Shown here piece by piece: positions 39,886 to 49,681 of a stretch of 64,000 nt of DNA (the stretch's first letter is position 1; each line of letters starts with the position of its first letter). The DNA is taken from assembly GCA_963675785.1 (NCBI GenBank), contig OY776562.1, forward strand, positions 1,280,001 to 1,344,000. Direction: 5' to 3'. This DNA comes from Anaerolineae bacterium. Its GTDB lineage: Bacteria; Chloroflexota; Anaerolineae; UBA1429. Both the position numbers and the translations under genes were made by a program. Below the pieces are notes generated by a model. That model searched no databases, had not been told where the DNA came from, and was given only the letters and a program-made list of their open reading frames with translations.

Positions 39886-41007
39886 CTAACGAACGCGTTC
39901 GGCCAAATCGCTCACGCGGGCCACGGCCAAATCAAACGTACCGCGCACCGTTGTGGTATAAATCACCCACTCATCATCGGGCGAGAAATGCGGGTGTGGG
40001 TCAGTATGATACCAGCGCCGAGGCATGTAATGCGAGGGCAGGCCGCTGGCGATGGCTACTTCTTTGCCGGTCTCACGGTCATAAAAGAGCACCTGGCAAG
40101 GCTCTTCATCCCAACGGTAAGGCGTCTGATCAGCCACCCAGTAACGCCGCTGAGAGGTGCAATGCACGTGACATACCGGCCTGGGCCACACACAATTTGC
40201 CTCGCGGCCCTCCACCGTCCCCTCATAGGCGCCGCGCTCGTAATCGGCCCAGCACATCCAGCCGTCTTTGCTCCAGAACTCGTGGCACACGTTGCTGTTG
40301 TGGCCAAAGTAGTCCTGGCCGCGGAAGGGCTCAAATACACTGCCATCCGTGCGCATGAGCCAAATGCGTTGCTCAAAGGGGAACTGCTGACCTGAAGTCA
40401 TATCGCGCCAGTGATCCTCAGCGATAGAGAACAAGTCGGGATCATGATAGGAGAACTGGGCGTGGTTATAATGGCGGCCAAACTCTTTGAGAATCTCAAC
40501 CTTGCCCGTCCGAGTATCGCCCAGCCCCACCCACCAATGGTTACCAATTCGGCCGTTCAACAATAGGGTATGACCGTCTGTCGAAAGGGTGATGTGGGTA
40601 GCCATCAAGTCCTGGTAGCGTCCCGCAATCCAATCGGGATCCAGCGAACAAACCGGCGTGGGCTCGCAGCAATCCACCGGCTGCCAGTACACGGTACTGC
40701 GATTGGCAAAATAGCAGCCTTTACTGTTGGGGTCGATGAGCGGGGCCTCAGCGCGGAACCCAGCCCTCGGAAAGTGGCGAATCTCGGGATTGTCGGCGTC
40801 GGTAGAAACAACGCCCAAAGTGTGCTCTTCCGCTGGCGGAAATGCCGCATAGAACCAAAGCCATTTGCCATCCGCCGACATGGACGGGTTTACAAAGTAA
40901 AAACCCTGCTGCACCGCTGCCACGCGTTCGGTGAGAATATAGCTAATCACACCGCTCTCAGGGTCTGTCCATGGTTCAAAATACGGGTGCCTTTCGGGCT
41001 CGAACAT
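39886..41007 (-). CDS. Oligogalacturonate-lyase-like (PL22-like) beta-propeller
   Basis: WTDPESG, FYFVN, NHAQFS, RIWLM, VCHEFW, CHVHC, DPHPHFSPD. Confidence 0.7.
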   Translation of the reverse strand: MFEPERHPYFEPWTDPESGVISYILTERVAAVQQGFYFVNPSMSADGKWLWFYAAFPPAEEHTLGVVSTDADNPEIRHFPRAGFRAEAPLIDPNSKGCYFANRSTVYWQPVDCCEPTPVCSLDPDWIAGRYQDLMATHITLSTDGHTLLLNGRIGNHWWVGLGDTRTGKVEILKEFGRHYNHAQFSYHDPDLFSIAEDHWRDMTSGQQFPFEQRIWLMRTDGSVFEPFRGQDYFGHNSNVCHEFWSKDGWMCWADYERGAYEGTVEGREANCVWPRPVCHVHCTSQRRYWVADQTPYRWDEEPCQVLFYDRETGKEVAIASGLPSHYMPRRWYHTDPHPHFSPDDEWVIYTTTVRGTFDLAVARVSDLAERVR

Positions 41008-41191
41008 GGTACAGCCTCCTATCCCAACCTCTGACGGGCCTAGAGTAGCACATTGACAAATTCAGAGCAAGCAAAAGAGAAGCTAGCAACTGCTTTATTG
41101 CACGGTTCTACTTGTAGAAAGGTCTCGTATTTTCCTTGCGCTTTCCTCCCTTTCGTGCTAAACCAATCCCACATCAGGGGGAGAGGTTATC

Positions 41192-43081
41192 ATGCTCAAG
41201 TTGCAAGGGTGCAGCTTTGTGGATGAACAGGGCCGCGAGCTTCTTTTGCGCGGGGTCAATCTGGGGGGCAGTTCCAAGGTGCCCTTGCGTCCTAACGGCG
41301 CTACCCATCTGCCAGATAGTCTCTCTCAACCCGAAAAGGTTTCCTTCATCGGACGGCCGTTCCCGCTCTCTGCGGCCCGTGAGCATTTTGCTCGCCTGCG
41401 CGAATGGGGCCTCACTTTTTTAAGATTCGTCATCACCTGGGAGGCTGTCGAACACGCCGGCCCCGGCATGTATGATCACGCCTATCTCGATTACCTCACT
41501 CAAGTCATCCAAATGGCCGGGGAATATGACCTGAAGGTGCTCATCGATCCTCATCAGGATGTGTGGAGCCGCTGGACCGGCGGCGATGGCGCTCCTGCCT
41601 GGACACTCGAACTGCTGGGCATGGACATCTCTGCACTGCATACTGCCAGTGCATCTTACCTCCATCAAGAGGCAGGCGACGCCTATGGCAAGATGGTCTG
41701 GCCCGCCAACAACGGACGATATGCTGCCGCCACCATGTGGACCCTATTTTTCGGTGGCGATCTCTTTGCCCCCGCCACTACCATCTCTGGCCAGCCGATA
41801 CAATACCTGCTGCAGGGTCACTTTTTCGAAGCGATGCGCCAGGTAGCATTACGTCTGCGCGGCATGTCCCACGTGGTGGGCTTTGAGACACTCAATGAAC
41901 CAGCCAGCGGCTATATCGGACGGTGTTCATTGCACGAATACGCCTCACCCCTGCTGCGCAACGGTCCTTCGCCCACTATCTGGGAGGGTATGCTGCTGGC
42001 CAGCGGATATCCTCAACGCATCAAATTGGCACGCCAGGGTATCCCCTATCTCTTTCCCCGACATGTGCTGGCCAACCCCGAGGGGCGCAGTCTCTGGCAG
42101 CCCGGTTATACCTCTGTGTGGCAGGCCAATGGCGTATGGGATACGGATAACGGCGCCAAAGCCCATATCTTGCGCAATGATCACTTTGCTATGGCAAACG
42201 GTCGCCCTGTAGACTTTGCGCAGGACTGCTTTCATCCCTTTGTTCGGCGTTACGCCAGCGGTATCCGCGAAATCCTGCCAGATATGCCCATTTTTGTTTG
42301 CCCGGTACCCGCTGATCACGAAGCTATAAGGGGCATCGATCTCTTGCCGGATGATGTGGAAAATCTGGTTTATGCGCCGCACTGGTACGACGGCGTTACT
42401 CTCTCTATGCAGCGTTACCTGCCTTGGCTGGGGGTAGATTACAACAGAGCGAACATACGCCTGGTACTGGGGCGTCAAAGACGCCTTCGAACCATTCGGC
42501 ATACGCTGCAGAATCTACGTACCGAAGCCCAAGGCCGCAATGTGCCCTTGCTCCTCGGTGAAACTGGCATCCCCTATAACCTCGATGAGGGCCAGGCTTA
42601 TCTCAGCGGCGATTACAGCGACCAAATCAATGCCTGGCGTGACATCCTGCAGGGCGTCGAGGATGCACGGCTCAGCACCGCCTTTTGGAACTATACGGCC
42701 GATAACGACAACCTTCATGGCGATCAGTGGAATGGCGAAGATCTCTCCATCTACAGCAGCGATCAGCGTAGCGATCCAGACGACATCAATTCGGGCGGGC
42801 GCGCCCTGGAGGGATTCATTCGTCCCTATGTGATAGCCACTGCTGGCAAACTAGTGAATATGAACTATCAGGATTCCAATCGCACTCTTCGTGTGACTAT
42901 TGAGCACGATCCGACTATCAGCCATCTCACAGAGCTATATGTGCCCAGCCTCCAGTATCCCAACGGCTGGATCGCCAGGGCTAGTCACGGCCATATCGCC
43001 GCGAATGATAGTATTCAGCATCTGCTTTGGGAGCACGATCCTGTAAAAGGCAGACAAACCCTTACATTGGCCTCACGTTGA
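41192..43081 (+). CDS. GH5 glycoside hydrolase, endoglycoceramidase/glucosylceramidase-like
   Basis: GRELLLRGVNLGG, TWEAVEH.GPG.YD, IDPHQDVWSR..GGDGAP, ETLNEP, APHWYD, LGETG, GDQWNGEDLS. Confidence 0.88.
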   Translation: MLKLQGCSFVDEQGRELLLRGVNLGGSSKVPLRPNGATHLPDSLSQPEKVSFIGRPFPLSAAREHFARLREWGLTFLRFVITWEAVEHAGPGMYDHAYLDYLTQVIQMAGEYDLKVLIDPHQDVWSRWTGGDGAPAWTLELLGMDISALHTASASYLHQEAGDAYGKMVWPANNGRYAAATMWTLFFGGDLFAPATTISGQPIQYLLQGHFFEAMRQVALRLRGMSHVVGFETLNEPASGYIGRCSLHEYASPLLRNGPSPTIWEGMLLASGYPQRIKLARQGIPYLFPRHVLANPEGRSLWQPGYTSVWQANGVWDTDNGAKAHILRNDHFAMANGRPVDFAQDCFHPFVRRYASGIREILPDMPIFVCPVPADHEAIRGIDLLPDDVENLVYAPHWYDGVTLSMQRYLPWLGVDYNRANIRLVLGRQRRLRTIRHTLQNLRTEAQGRNVPLLLGETGIPYNLDEGQAYLSGDYSDQINAWRDILQGVEDARLSTAFWNYTADNDNLHGDQWNGEDLSIYSSDQRSDPDDINSGGRALEGFIRPYVIATAGKLVNMNYQDSNRTLRVTIEHDPTISHLTELYVPSLQYPNGWIARASHGHIAANDSIQHLLWEHDPVKGRQTLTLASR

Positions 43082-43149
43082 GCTTGCATCCACCCCATTA
43101 CCGTGGTATCACTCCAGCGTCGTATCCATTTTGACTCTGGAGATTGCTT

Positions 43150-44268
43150 GTGACTATTTCACTCGAAAATCACCCCTTCTTTATGCCTTGGGACGATCCT
43201 GTTTCTGGTGTGCGCAGCTATATCTTGGATGCCCGCATCGCCCCGCACCAGCAAACCTTTTATTTTACCAATCCGTCCATCTCTGCAGATGGACGCTACC
43301 TCTGGTTCTATGCATCTTTTCCGCCGGGCCCAGCCCGTACCCTGGCTGTCGTCTCTTTAGATGCTAATAACCCTTTTATCCGCCACTTTCCGCAGGATCA
43401 GTTCGGTGATGCGTCACCACTAGTGGCTCCTCAAGGTGACGCTTGTTACATCACCATTGGCACGTCGGCCTATTTGCAGCCGCTGGAGGGTGAACCTCGC
43501 CTGGTTTGTTCTCTATCAGATGAGTACATCCACGGTCGTCCTGTCGAACACTTGGCCACTCACCTCACCCTCTCCGCCGATGGTCGTTACCTGCTCATGG
43601 ATGGTCGCGTGGGCAACGAATGGTTCACCGCCACTGGCGATATCCATACTGGCGAGGTCAAGATCATCAAAGAATTCGGCTATTGTTACAACCACCAGCA
43701 ATTCTCGCCAGTCGACCCTACGCTATTCATGATGGCCCAGGATTTCTATCGCGACTATTACAGCGGCCTACTTCATGTCTATGATCAGCGTATTTGGCTC
43801 ATGCGCACCGACGGCAGCATGTTCGAACCTCTACGCGCTCATGTGTGGGATGAACACACCACCCATTGCAGCCACGAATGGTGGGCTGCCGATGGCAGCA
43901 TTTGCTGGGTCGATGACCATGCCGGCATCAAAGAATGCACGGTTGAGGATCGCACCGAGCACCTGGTATGGGCACAAACTTGCTCTCATGCTCATTGCGA
44001 TCCAACCAAGCGCTATTATGTTTGCGACGATAACCCCAATTACTGGCGCGAACGCGATTGCCTCGTGCGTTTTTATGATCGCACTACCGGCAAGGATGCT
44101 GTGATTTGTTCTGGCATGCCAGTGCCCTATGGTGGAAAAGATCACTACCATAGCCATCCGCATCCGCAGTTTTGCGTTGATGGTCAACTCATCGCCTATA
44201 CCACCACCGTGCGTGGACAAGTGGATGTAGCCCTAACACGCACTGAGGGTGTTCTTGCCACAATGTAA
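43150..44268 (+). CDS. Oligogalacturonate-lyase-like (PL22-like) beta-propeller
   Basis: WDDPVSG, FYFTN, NHQQFSP, CSHEWW, CSHAHC, HSHPHPQF. Confidence 0.7.
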   Translation: MTISLENHPFFMPWDDPVSGVRSYILDARIAPHQQTFYFTNPSISADGRYLWFYASFPPGPARTLAVVSLDANNPFIRHFPQDQFGDASPLVAPQGDACYITIGTSAYLQPLEGEPRLVCSLSDEYIHGRPVEHLATHLTLSADGRYLLMDGRVGNEWFTATGDIHTGEVKIIKEFGYCYNHQQFSPVDPTLFMMAQDFYRDYYSGLLHVYDQRIWLMRTDGSMFEPLRAHVWDEHTTHCSHEWWAADGSICWVDDHAGIKECTVEDRTEHLVWAQTCSHAHCDPTKRYYVCDDNPNYWRERDCLVRFYDRTTGKDAVICSGMPVPYGGKDHYHSHPHPQFCVDGQLIAYTTTVRGQVDVALTRTEGVLATM

Positions 44269-44272
44269 TTCT

Positions 44273-44300
44273 GTGCTGTTACAAGCTCTTGTAACAGCAC
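44273..44300. repeat. Perfect 13-bp-arm palindrome between tandem paralogues
   Basis: GTGCTGTTACAAG-CT-CTTGTAACAGCAC, 8 nt before GGAGG RBS. Confidence 0.75.
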
Positions 44301-44318
44301 TGCCGTATGGAGGTTACA

Positions 44319-45437
44319 ATGACCATTTCACTCGAAAATCACCCCTTGTTTGTTCCCTGGGACGATCCCGTCTCCGGCATACGCAGCTATATTCTGGATG
44401 CCCGTGTAGCGCCGCACCAACAGACCTTTTACTTTACCAATCGCACCATCTCAAATGATGGCCGCTACCTTTGGTTCTATGCGGCCTTTCCGCCAGGACC
44501 CGCCCGTACTCTGGCCGTTGCCTCTTTGGATGCTTCTGACCCTTTCATCCGCCATTTCCCGCAGGATCAGTTCGGCGACGCCTCACCGCTCATCGCCCCC
44601 CAAGGTGACGCCTGTTATATCACCATCGGCAACTCGGCCTATCTGCAGCACCTGGAAGGCGAGCCGCAGCTGATTTGCAGTCTGCCCGAAGGCTATGTGC
44701 ACGGACGTTACACCGACAGCCTAGCTACCCACCTCACCCTTTCTGCCGATGGCCAGTACTTGCTCATGGACGGCCAGGTGGGCAACGAGTGGTTTACCGC
44801 TACCGGGGATGTGCACACTGGCGAGTTCAAGATCATCAAAGAGTTCGGCTATCGCTACAACCATCATCAGTTCTCACCCGTCGATCCGACCTTGTTCATG
44901 ATGGCCCAGGATTTCTATAACGACCTCTACACCGGCAAACGCTATGTCTATGATCAGCGTATCTGGCTGATGCGCACTGACGGCAGCATGTACGAGCCAC
45001 TGCGCGCCCACGTGTGGGACGAGCACACGACAAGCTGCACCCACGAGTGGTGGGCTGCCGATGGCACCATCTGCTGGGTCGATAACAGTATCGGCGTCAA
45101 AGAATGCACTGTTGAGGACCGCACCGAACGCGTGGTTTGGAAGCAGCTTTGCTCCCACGCCCACTGTGATCCTACCAAACGCTATTATGTCTGTGATGAC
45201 AATCCCAATGACTGGTATCAGCGGGATTGTCTGATCCGCTTTTACGACCGAGCTGCTGACAAAGATGCTGTTATCTGCTCGGGAATGCCCCTTCCCCCTT
45301 GTGGCAAGGATCGCTATCACACTCATCCACACCCACAGTTTTGCGCCAATGGCCGGCTCATCGCCTACACCACCACCGTGCGCGGCCAGGTGGACGTAGC
45401 CATCACCCGCACCGAGGATGTGCTCGCCACGATGTAG
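44319..45437 (+). CDS. Oligogalacturonate-lyase-like (PL22-like) beta-propeller, recent duplicate of 43150-44268
   Basis: Colinear without gaps, roughly 80% identical by eye; CTHEWW, CSHAHC, HTHPHPQF. Confidence 0.7.
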   Translation: MTISLENHPLFVPWDDPVSGIRSYILDARVAPHQQTFYFTNRTISNDGRYLWFYAAFPPGPARTLAVASLDASDPFIRHFPQDQFGDASPLIAPQGDACYITIGNSAYLQHLEGEPQLICSLPEGYVHGRYTDSLATHLTLSADGQYLLMDGQVGNEWFTATGDVHTGEFKIIKEFGYRYNHHQFSPVDPTLFMMAQDFYNDLYTGKRYVYDQRIWLMRTDGSMYEPLRAHVWDEHTTSCTHEWWAADGTICWVDNSIGVKECTVEDRTERVVWKQLCSHAHCDPTKRYYVCDDNPNDWYQRDCLIRFYDRAADKDAVICSGMPLPPCGKDRYHTHPHPQFCANGRLIAYTTTVRGQVDVAITRTEDVLATM

Positions 45438-45454
45438 ATGGCTAAATGTCCTGC

Positions 45455-45488
45455 AAAACGAGGAGAGAGACTCTCTCCTCGTTTTTTT
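45455..45488 (+). terminator. Intrinsic terminator
   Basis: AAAACGAGGAGAGAG-A-CTCTCTCCTCGTTTTTTT. Confidence 0.8.
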
Positions 45489-45505
45489 GTACCAGAGATA
45501 ACGCG

Positions 45506-45537
45506 TCTCTCAGCGTGGCGTTTAGACCCCACGCTGA
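45506..45537. repeat. Solitary REP-like hairpin related to the transposase-flanking REPs
   Basis: TCTCAGCGTGGcGTTTagACCCCACGCT vs TCTCAGCGTGGGGTTTTCAACCCCACGCT at 62041-62069. Confidence 0.65.
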
Positions 45538-45660
45538 CATCTTCTATCCTACTGTCCCCACCTCAGAGAAGCCGACTCCAAAGATTCAGAGCAAGCAGTT
45601 GACACCCTATCCTCTATCGGCTAACCTGCCGCCACATCTGAGAGACAGGAGTCCTCTGCT

Positions 45661-46713
45661 ATGGCATTTGAACCCGATTATCATTACATGCTCGACGTGC
45701 TGGCCAATCGTAGGCCGGAACGTCTGCCCGTATACGAACATCTCATCAACCCGCCCTTTATGGAAAAGGTGCTGGGCACCCGCTTTGCCCACCTGGGTGC
45801 CTCAACCGATCCGGGCGAGTTGAACACCTTCTTTGCCAACTATTGCCGCTTTTACCGCGAGATGACTTATGACACCGTCTCTTACGAGGTTTGTATCACC
45901 GAGATTCTCCCCGAGAACGGCGCCATCATGGGCGGAAAACCTGGCCCTATTCAGAATCCCGCCGATTTCGAACGCTACCCCTGGAACGATCTGCCCGATA
46001 TCTTTTGGGCAGCAGCCAAACCCCGCTTTGACGCCCTGCGCCAGGCCATGCCCGAAGGCATGTTGGCGCTGGGTGGGGTCGGCAACGGCGTGTTCGAGAT
46101 CTCGGAGGATCTGGTAGGGTTCGAGTACCTAGCCTTTATGCAGGCCGATTACCCGGCGTTGCACACTCGCCTCTATCAGGCGATTGGCGATCTGATGGTT
46201 GAACTCTGGCAGCGCTTCTTGACCGAATACAGCGATCTCTATTGCGTCTGTCGCTTTGGCGATGATCTCGGTTTCAAGACCAGCACGCTGGTCTCGCCAC
46301 GCACACTACGTAAACATGTCATCCCCCAATATCGCCGCGTTATTGAGTTAGTGCACGATGCTGGCAAGCCTTTCCTATGGCATTCCTGTGGCAATATCTT
46401 TGGCGTCATGGAAGATGCCATAGCCGTTGGCATCGACGCCAAGCATTCCAACGAGGATACCATTGCCCCCTACGACCGTTGGATCGAACTCTATGGCGAA
46501 CGTATCGGCTTGCTGGGCGGCATTGATGTGGACGTGCTCTGCAAATACAAGCCCGACGAGGTCTTTGAACGTGTGATCAAATCAGGTCGGCGTTTTCGCG
46601 CCTCTGCCAAGGGCTATGCGCTCGGTTCGGGCAACTCTATCCCCGAATACGTGCCAGTAGAGAGCTACCTGGCCATGATTCGTGCGGCCCAAGCCTTGCG
46701 AGAAGAAGAATAG
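45661..46713 (+). CDS. Uroporphyrinogen decarboxylase/MtaA-CmuA methyltransferase family protein
   Basis: FGDDLGFKTSTLVSP..LRKHVIPQY, WHSCGN, GIDAKHS, LLGGIDVD.L, ALGSGNSIP.YVP. Confidence 0.85.
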   Translation: MAFEPDYHYMLDVLANRRPERLPVYEHLINPPFMEKVLGTRFAHLGASTDPGELNTFFANYCRFYREMTYDTVSYEVCITEILPENGAIMGGKPGPIQNPADFERYPWNDLPDIFWAAAKPRFDALRQAMPEGMLALGGVGNGVFEISEDLVGFEYLAFMQADYPALHTRLYQAIGDLMVELWQRFLTEYSDLYCVCRFGDDLGFKTSTLVSPRTLRKHVIPQYRRVIELVHDAGKPFLWHSCGNIFGVMEDAIAVGIDAKHSNEDTIAPYDRWIELYGERIGLLGGIDVDVLCKYKPDEVFERVIKSGRRFRASAKGYALGSGNSIPEYVPVESYLAMIRAAQALREEE

Positions 46714-46812
46714 CGGCTCATTCAATCAACCAGAGGGAGACCGCTTTGATTCGTCGGCGTCTTGCCTGCGTAGAGAATAGTATTTATGTCAAATACTAGA
46801 GGAGGTTTGGCC

Positions 46813-48069
46813 ATGTATAACCTTCCCAAACGCGTTTTGCCTATGCGCAAACGTGCAGAGATCATCGATCTAGCCCTGAAAAAGCGGCTGGACACCATCG
46901 TACCCGCCGCTATGCGTCACGCAGGGATCGACATGTGGTTGGTACTCTGCCAGGAGGATGACCTCGACCCCGTCTTTCGTACGCTCATCCCCATGAACTG
47001 CTGGTGCCCCATCCTGCAGATGCTCATCTTTTACGATCGCGGTGAGGCGGGCATAGAACGCATCAACCTCTCCATGACCAACACCGGCACCCTATACGAT
47101 CGCCCTTGGAGTGGGCGCGGCGAACAAGAGCAATGGACGCTTTTACACGACCTCGTGGCCGAACGCGACCCGCAGCACATCGGCATCAACATCGGTTCGG
47201 TGCAGTGGGCGGCTGGCGGACTCACCTACAACCTCTATCAGCAGCTTGTATCCGCCTTGCCAGCGGGATATGCCGATCGGCTGGTCAGCGCCGAAAAGCT
47301 GGTCGAATACTATGGCTCGGTGCTCAACCCCGTGGAATTGGGCCTTTACGATCACGTTGGCGCCATAGCCCACGACTTGATAGAAAGCTCGTACAGCCCC
47401 ATGAACCTATGGCCCGGCATAACCACCACGACTGACTTGGAGTGGAATTACTGGCAGATGGCAGCCGATTGCGGCCTGGATGTGGCTTTCAAGCCCTACT
47501 TCAATCTGGTCCGCGGCCCAGAAAATGCAACCCAGTTCGGCACCGAGGACACCACCATACGCCCGGGCGATCTAGTCCATTCGGACGTGGGCGTGCGCTA
47601 CCTACGCCTGATCAGCGACCATCAGCAATGGGCCTATATCCCACGCCCTAACGAGAGTGAGCCGCCAGAGGGCATCAAGAATCTCATGGTTCAGGCTGGC
47701 CGTCTCCAGGACGTTTACATGGCTTCGTTCGAAACCGGCCTTACTGGCGATGAGTTGTTGGCTCGCATCCTTACCCGCGCCCACGAGCAGAACATCCCCA
47801 ACCCCAAAGTCTACTCCCATTCGCTGGGGCTCTACCTGCACGAGCCCGGTCCGCTCATCGGCCTGCCCTGGGAACAAGAGAGCTGCGTCGGTCGCGGCGC
47901 CGTGCCCCTGCGTGAGGGCAACTGCTTTACCATGGAACTCTCTATCACCGAGGCCGTTCCTGAGTGGGACAATCAACCCGTCACCTTTTCCATTGAAGAA
48001 GATGTGGCCTTTGTCGATGGCACCTGCCGCCTCATCGACGGCCGCCAAACCGAGTTCTACCTGGTGTAA
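46813..48069 (+). CDS. M24 family (Xaa-Pro aminopeptidase-like) metallopeptidase
   Basis: GDLVHSDVG..Y..L.SDHQ, YSHSLG..HEPGP.IG, FTMEL, IEED. Confidence 0.82.
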   Translation: MYNLPKRVLPMRKRAEIIDLALKKRLDTIVPAAMRHAGIDMWLVLCQEDDLDPVFRTLIPMNCWCPILQMLIFYDRGEAGIERINLSMTNTGTLYDRPWSGRGEQEQWTLLHDLVAERDPQHIGINIGSVQWAAGGLTYNLYQQLVSALPAGYADRLVSAEKLVEYYGSVLNPVELGLYDHVGAIAHDLIESSYSPMNLWPGITTTTDLEWNYWQMAADCGLDVAFKPYFNLVRGPENATQFGTEDTTIRPGDLVHSDVGVRYLRLISDHQQWAYIPRPNESEPPEGIKNLMVQAGRLQDVYMASFETGLTGDELLARILTRAHEQNIPNPKVYSHSLGLYLHEPGPLIGLPWEQESCVGRGAVPLREGNCFTMELSITEAVPEWDNQPVTFSIEEDVAFVDGTCRLIDGRQTEFYLV

Positions 48070-48075
48070 AACAAA

Positions 48076-48105
48076 AACTCCCGAGCCAAAACCGGCTCGG
48101 GAGTT
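48076..48105. terminator. Terminator hairpin between convergent genes
   Basis: AACTCCCGAGCC-N6-GGCTCGGGAGTT. Confidence 0.7.
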
Positions 48106-48117
48106 GCTTACCTTTTC

Positions 48118-48492
48118 CTAACTAGCTCTTAATTCATTAGGGAACAACCATTGTAGTGCCTCGCGCTCGCTATCTACCACTCGTAACTGCACGCCACGAT
48201 TCACCGCCACTGTCTCAAAGAACTTGTTGATGTTCCGCTGAGGAGCGATCAGCGCAAAACGCATATCCCGCGGCCAGGCTGCTGCCACGACTCTGCCAAG
48301 CTGATAGCGGTCCCAGTTAGGAACGGGCGGCATCATATCACGAATATCGATGAGCACCCGCTTACAACCAAAGTTTCGTCCCTCATCGGCTGCCCGCAGA
48401 TACATTTGTTCCATCGAGCCCAGGCTGTATTGACCGGAAACATGAACCGCCACATAGCCATCGCGCAGTTCAACATCCACCTGGAGGCTCAT
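48118..48492 (-). CDS. SpoIIAA-like (STAS/SEC14) small protein
   Basis: V.VSGQY, RVLIDIR, RFALI, FFETVAVNRG..LRV..EREALQWL. Confidence 0.65.
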   Translation of the reverse strand: MSLQVDVELRDGYVAVHVSGQYSLGSMEQMYLRAADEGRNFGCKRVLIDIRDMMPPVPNWDRYQLGRVVAAAWPRDMRFALIAPQRNINKFFETVAVNRGVQLRVVDSEREALQWLFPNELRAS

Positions 48493-48908
48493 TTTGCTAG
48501 CCTCTCGTGAGCAGAAGCTAATACAGGAGTACTGCCCTTTGAGCCATCCGTCCGGCAGCCGAGCCAGGCCAGAGCATCCTGCTCATTGTTCATGACCCGC
48601 ACCTGGGCTCCGCGATTCACGGCCACATTCTCAAAGAATCCGCTGACGCCTTCTTGCGGATAGACGATAGCTGCCCTGACGCTCACTCCCCAAATATCCG
48701 AGACGATTGTGCCAGCCTGAAAACGATCCCACTCTGAATAAACGCCCTCCAAAGCGCTCAAATCGACAAGCACATTGGATACGCCCCGTGTCCTAGCCTC
48801 TTTGGCCACCCACTCAACAAAAGGTTGCATGTTCTCAGAATCATGCTGGCCATGCACACAAACACGGATATACCCCTCATACAACTCTGACTCAATGTCT
48901 AATCCCAT
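48489..48908 (-). CDS. SpoIIAA-like (STAS/SEC14) small protein, paralogue of 48118-48492
   Basis: NVLVDLS, WDRFQAG, FFENVAVNRG..VRV..EQDALAWL. Confidence 0.65.
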   Translation of the reverse strand: MGLDIESELYEGYIRVCVHGQHDSENMQPFVEWVAKEARTRGVSNVLVDLSALEGVYSEWDRFQAGTIVSDIWGVSVRAAIVYPQEGVSGFFENVAVNRGAQVRVMNNEQDALAWLGCRTDGSKGSTPVLASAHERLAK

Positions 48909-48956
48909 ACTGGCTCCCCAGACTGTGGAGCCCGCCCCCCCGGGCATACTATCATG

Positions 48957-49523
48957 CTACTTTTCTAATAAGAAACGCGAGCGCATCTCTTCCCATAAAG
49001 ACTCAAGCTGGCTGTCCCCCTTAACCAGATCATCCGTTAGGTCAACACACTCGGCGAGTTCACTACCGGTCGCCACAGGCGGCATACCAGCAAATTCGTA
49101 AAAATCGATCTCGGTGATGCCGTCGGGCCGCCCCGTCATATACATGGAATAGGCACGCGTATGCACCAGGCGGTTCTTCCCGTGCACGCTTCTCCGATCC
49201 GAGTCCGTCATAGGCGGACTGAATGAGGGTGGCTTTTTGTCCACCTTTTTGGCGGTCTCTGCGGCCAGATCGGCGGCAACCTGCGTAGCCAACCAATCAT
49301 TGCCCACCCGACGCAGCAGACCTTGCTTTTCTGCACGCCCAAGCGCGTCGCGCACGGCCTGCAAATCGATCTGATCGCGATGGCGAGTCCAGCAGAACCA
49401 CTCTGGACCCAGCGAATAGGCCTTGATCGCTGCATCCTCGACATCGACGGGTCGCGCTGTACCACCCAACAGGGCTACTGCGACAGCTGCCACTTGTTCG
49501 CTGGATAGAGATCGGTACGGCAT
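48957..49523 (-). CDS. Hypothetical protein, possible winged-helix N-terminus
   Basis: GAGGAGGA RBS; helix-turn-helix-wing-like AVRDALGRAEKQGLLRRVGNDWLAT. Confidence 0.6.
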   Translation of the reverse strand: MPYRSLSSEQVAAVAVALLGGTARPVDVEDAAIKAYSLGPEWFCWTRHRDQIDLQAVRDALGRAEKQGLLRRVGNDWLATQVAADLAAETAKKVDKKPPSFSPPMTDSDRRSVHGKNRLVHTRAYSMYMTGRPDGITEIDFYEFAGMPPVATGSELAECVDLTDDLVKGDSQLESLWEEMRSRFLLEK

Positions 49524-49624
49524 GGCATCCTCCTCGAGCCCTTTCAATAACACGCCCTTGTGTCTTAATAACCTTGACACCATTCAACCACAAAAGAAGC
49601 AATCCCGCAACCACCGTATTGCAC

Positions 49625-49670
49625 AAAAAAAGAGGGACAGCCGAGCTATTTCAGCTCGTACTGTCCCTCT
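49625..49670 (-). terminator. Intrinsic terminator of the secreted-protein gene
   Basis: AGAGGGACAG..CTGTCCCTCT with A-tract on + strand (U-tract on -). Confidence 0.7.
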
Positions 49671-49681
49671 GATGACTATTT

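Noticed and set aside
41060-41073. 14-bp ATTCAGAGCAAGCA also present at 45584-45597
   Set aside because: Not palindromic, and a 14-mer match is plausible by chance in 64 kb; only one copy fits a promoter position.
43150-45437. Diversity-generating retroelement or assembly duplication
   Set aside because: Differences are spread across the whole gene and many are synonymous, not adenine-specific; there is no reverse transcriptase, and the divergence is too large for an assembly artefact.
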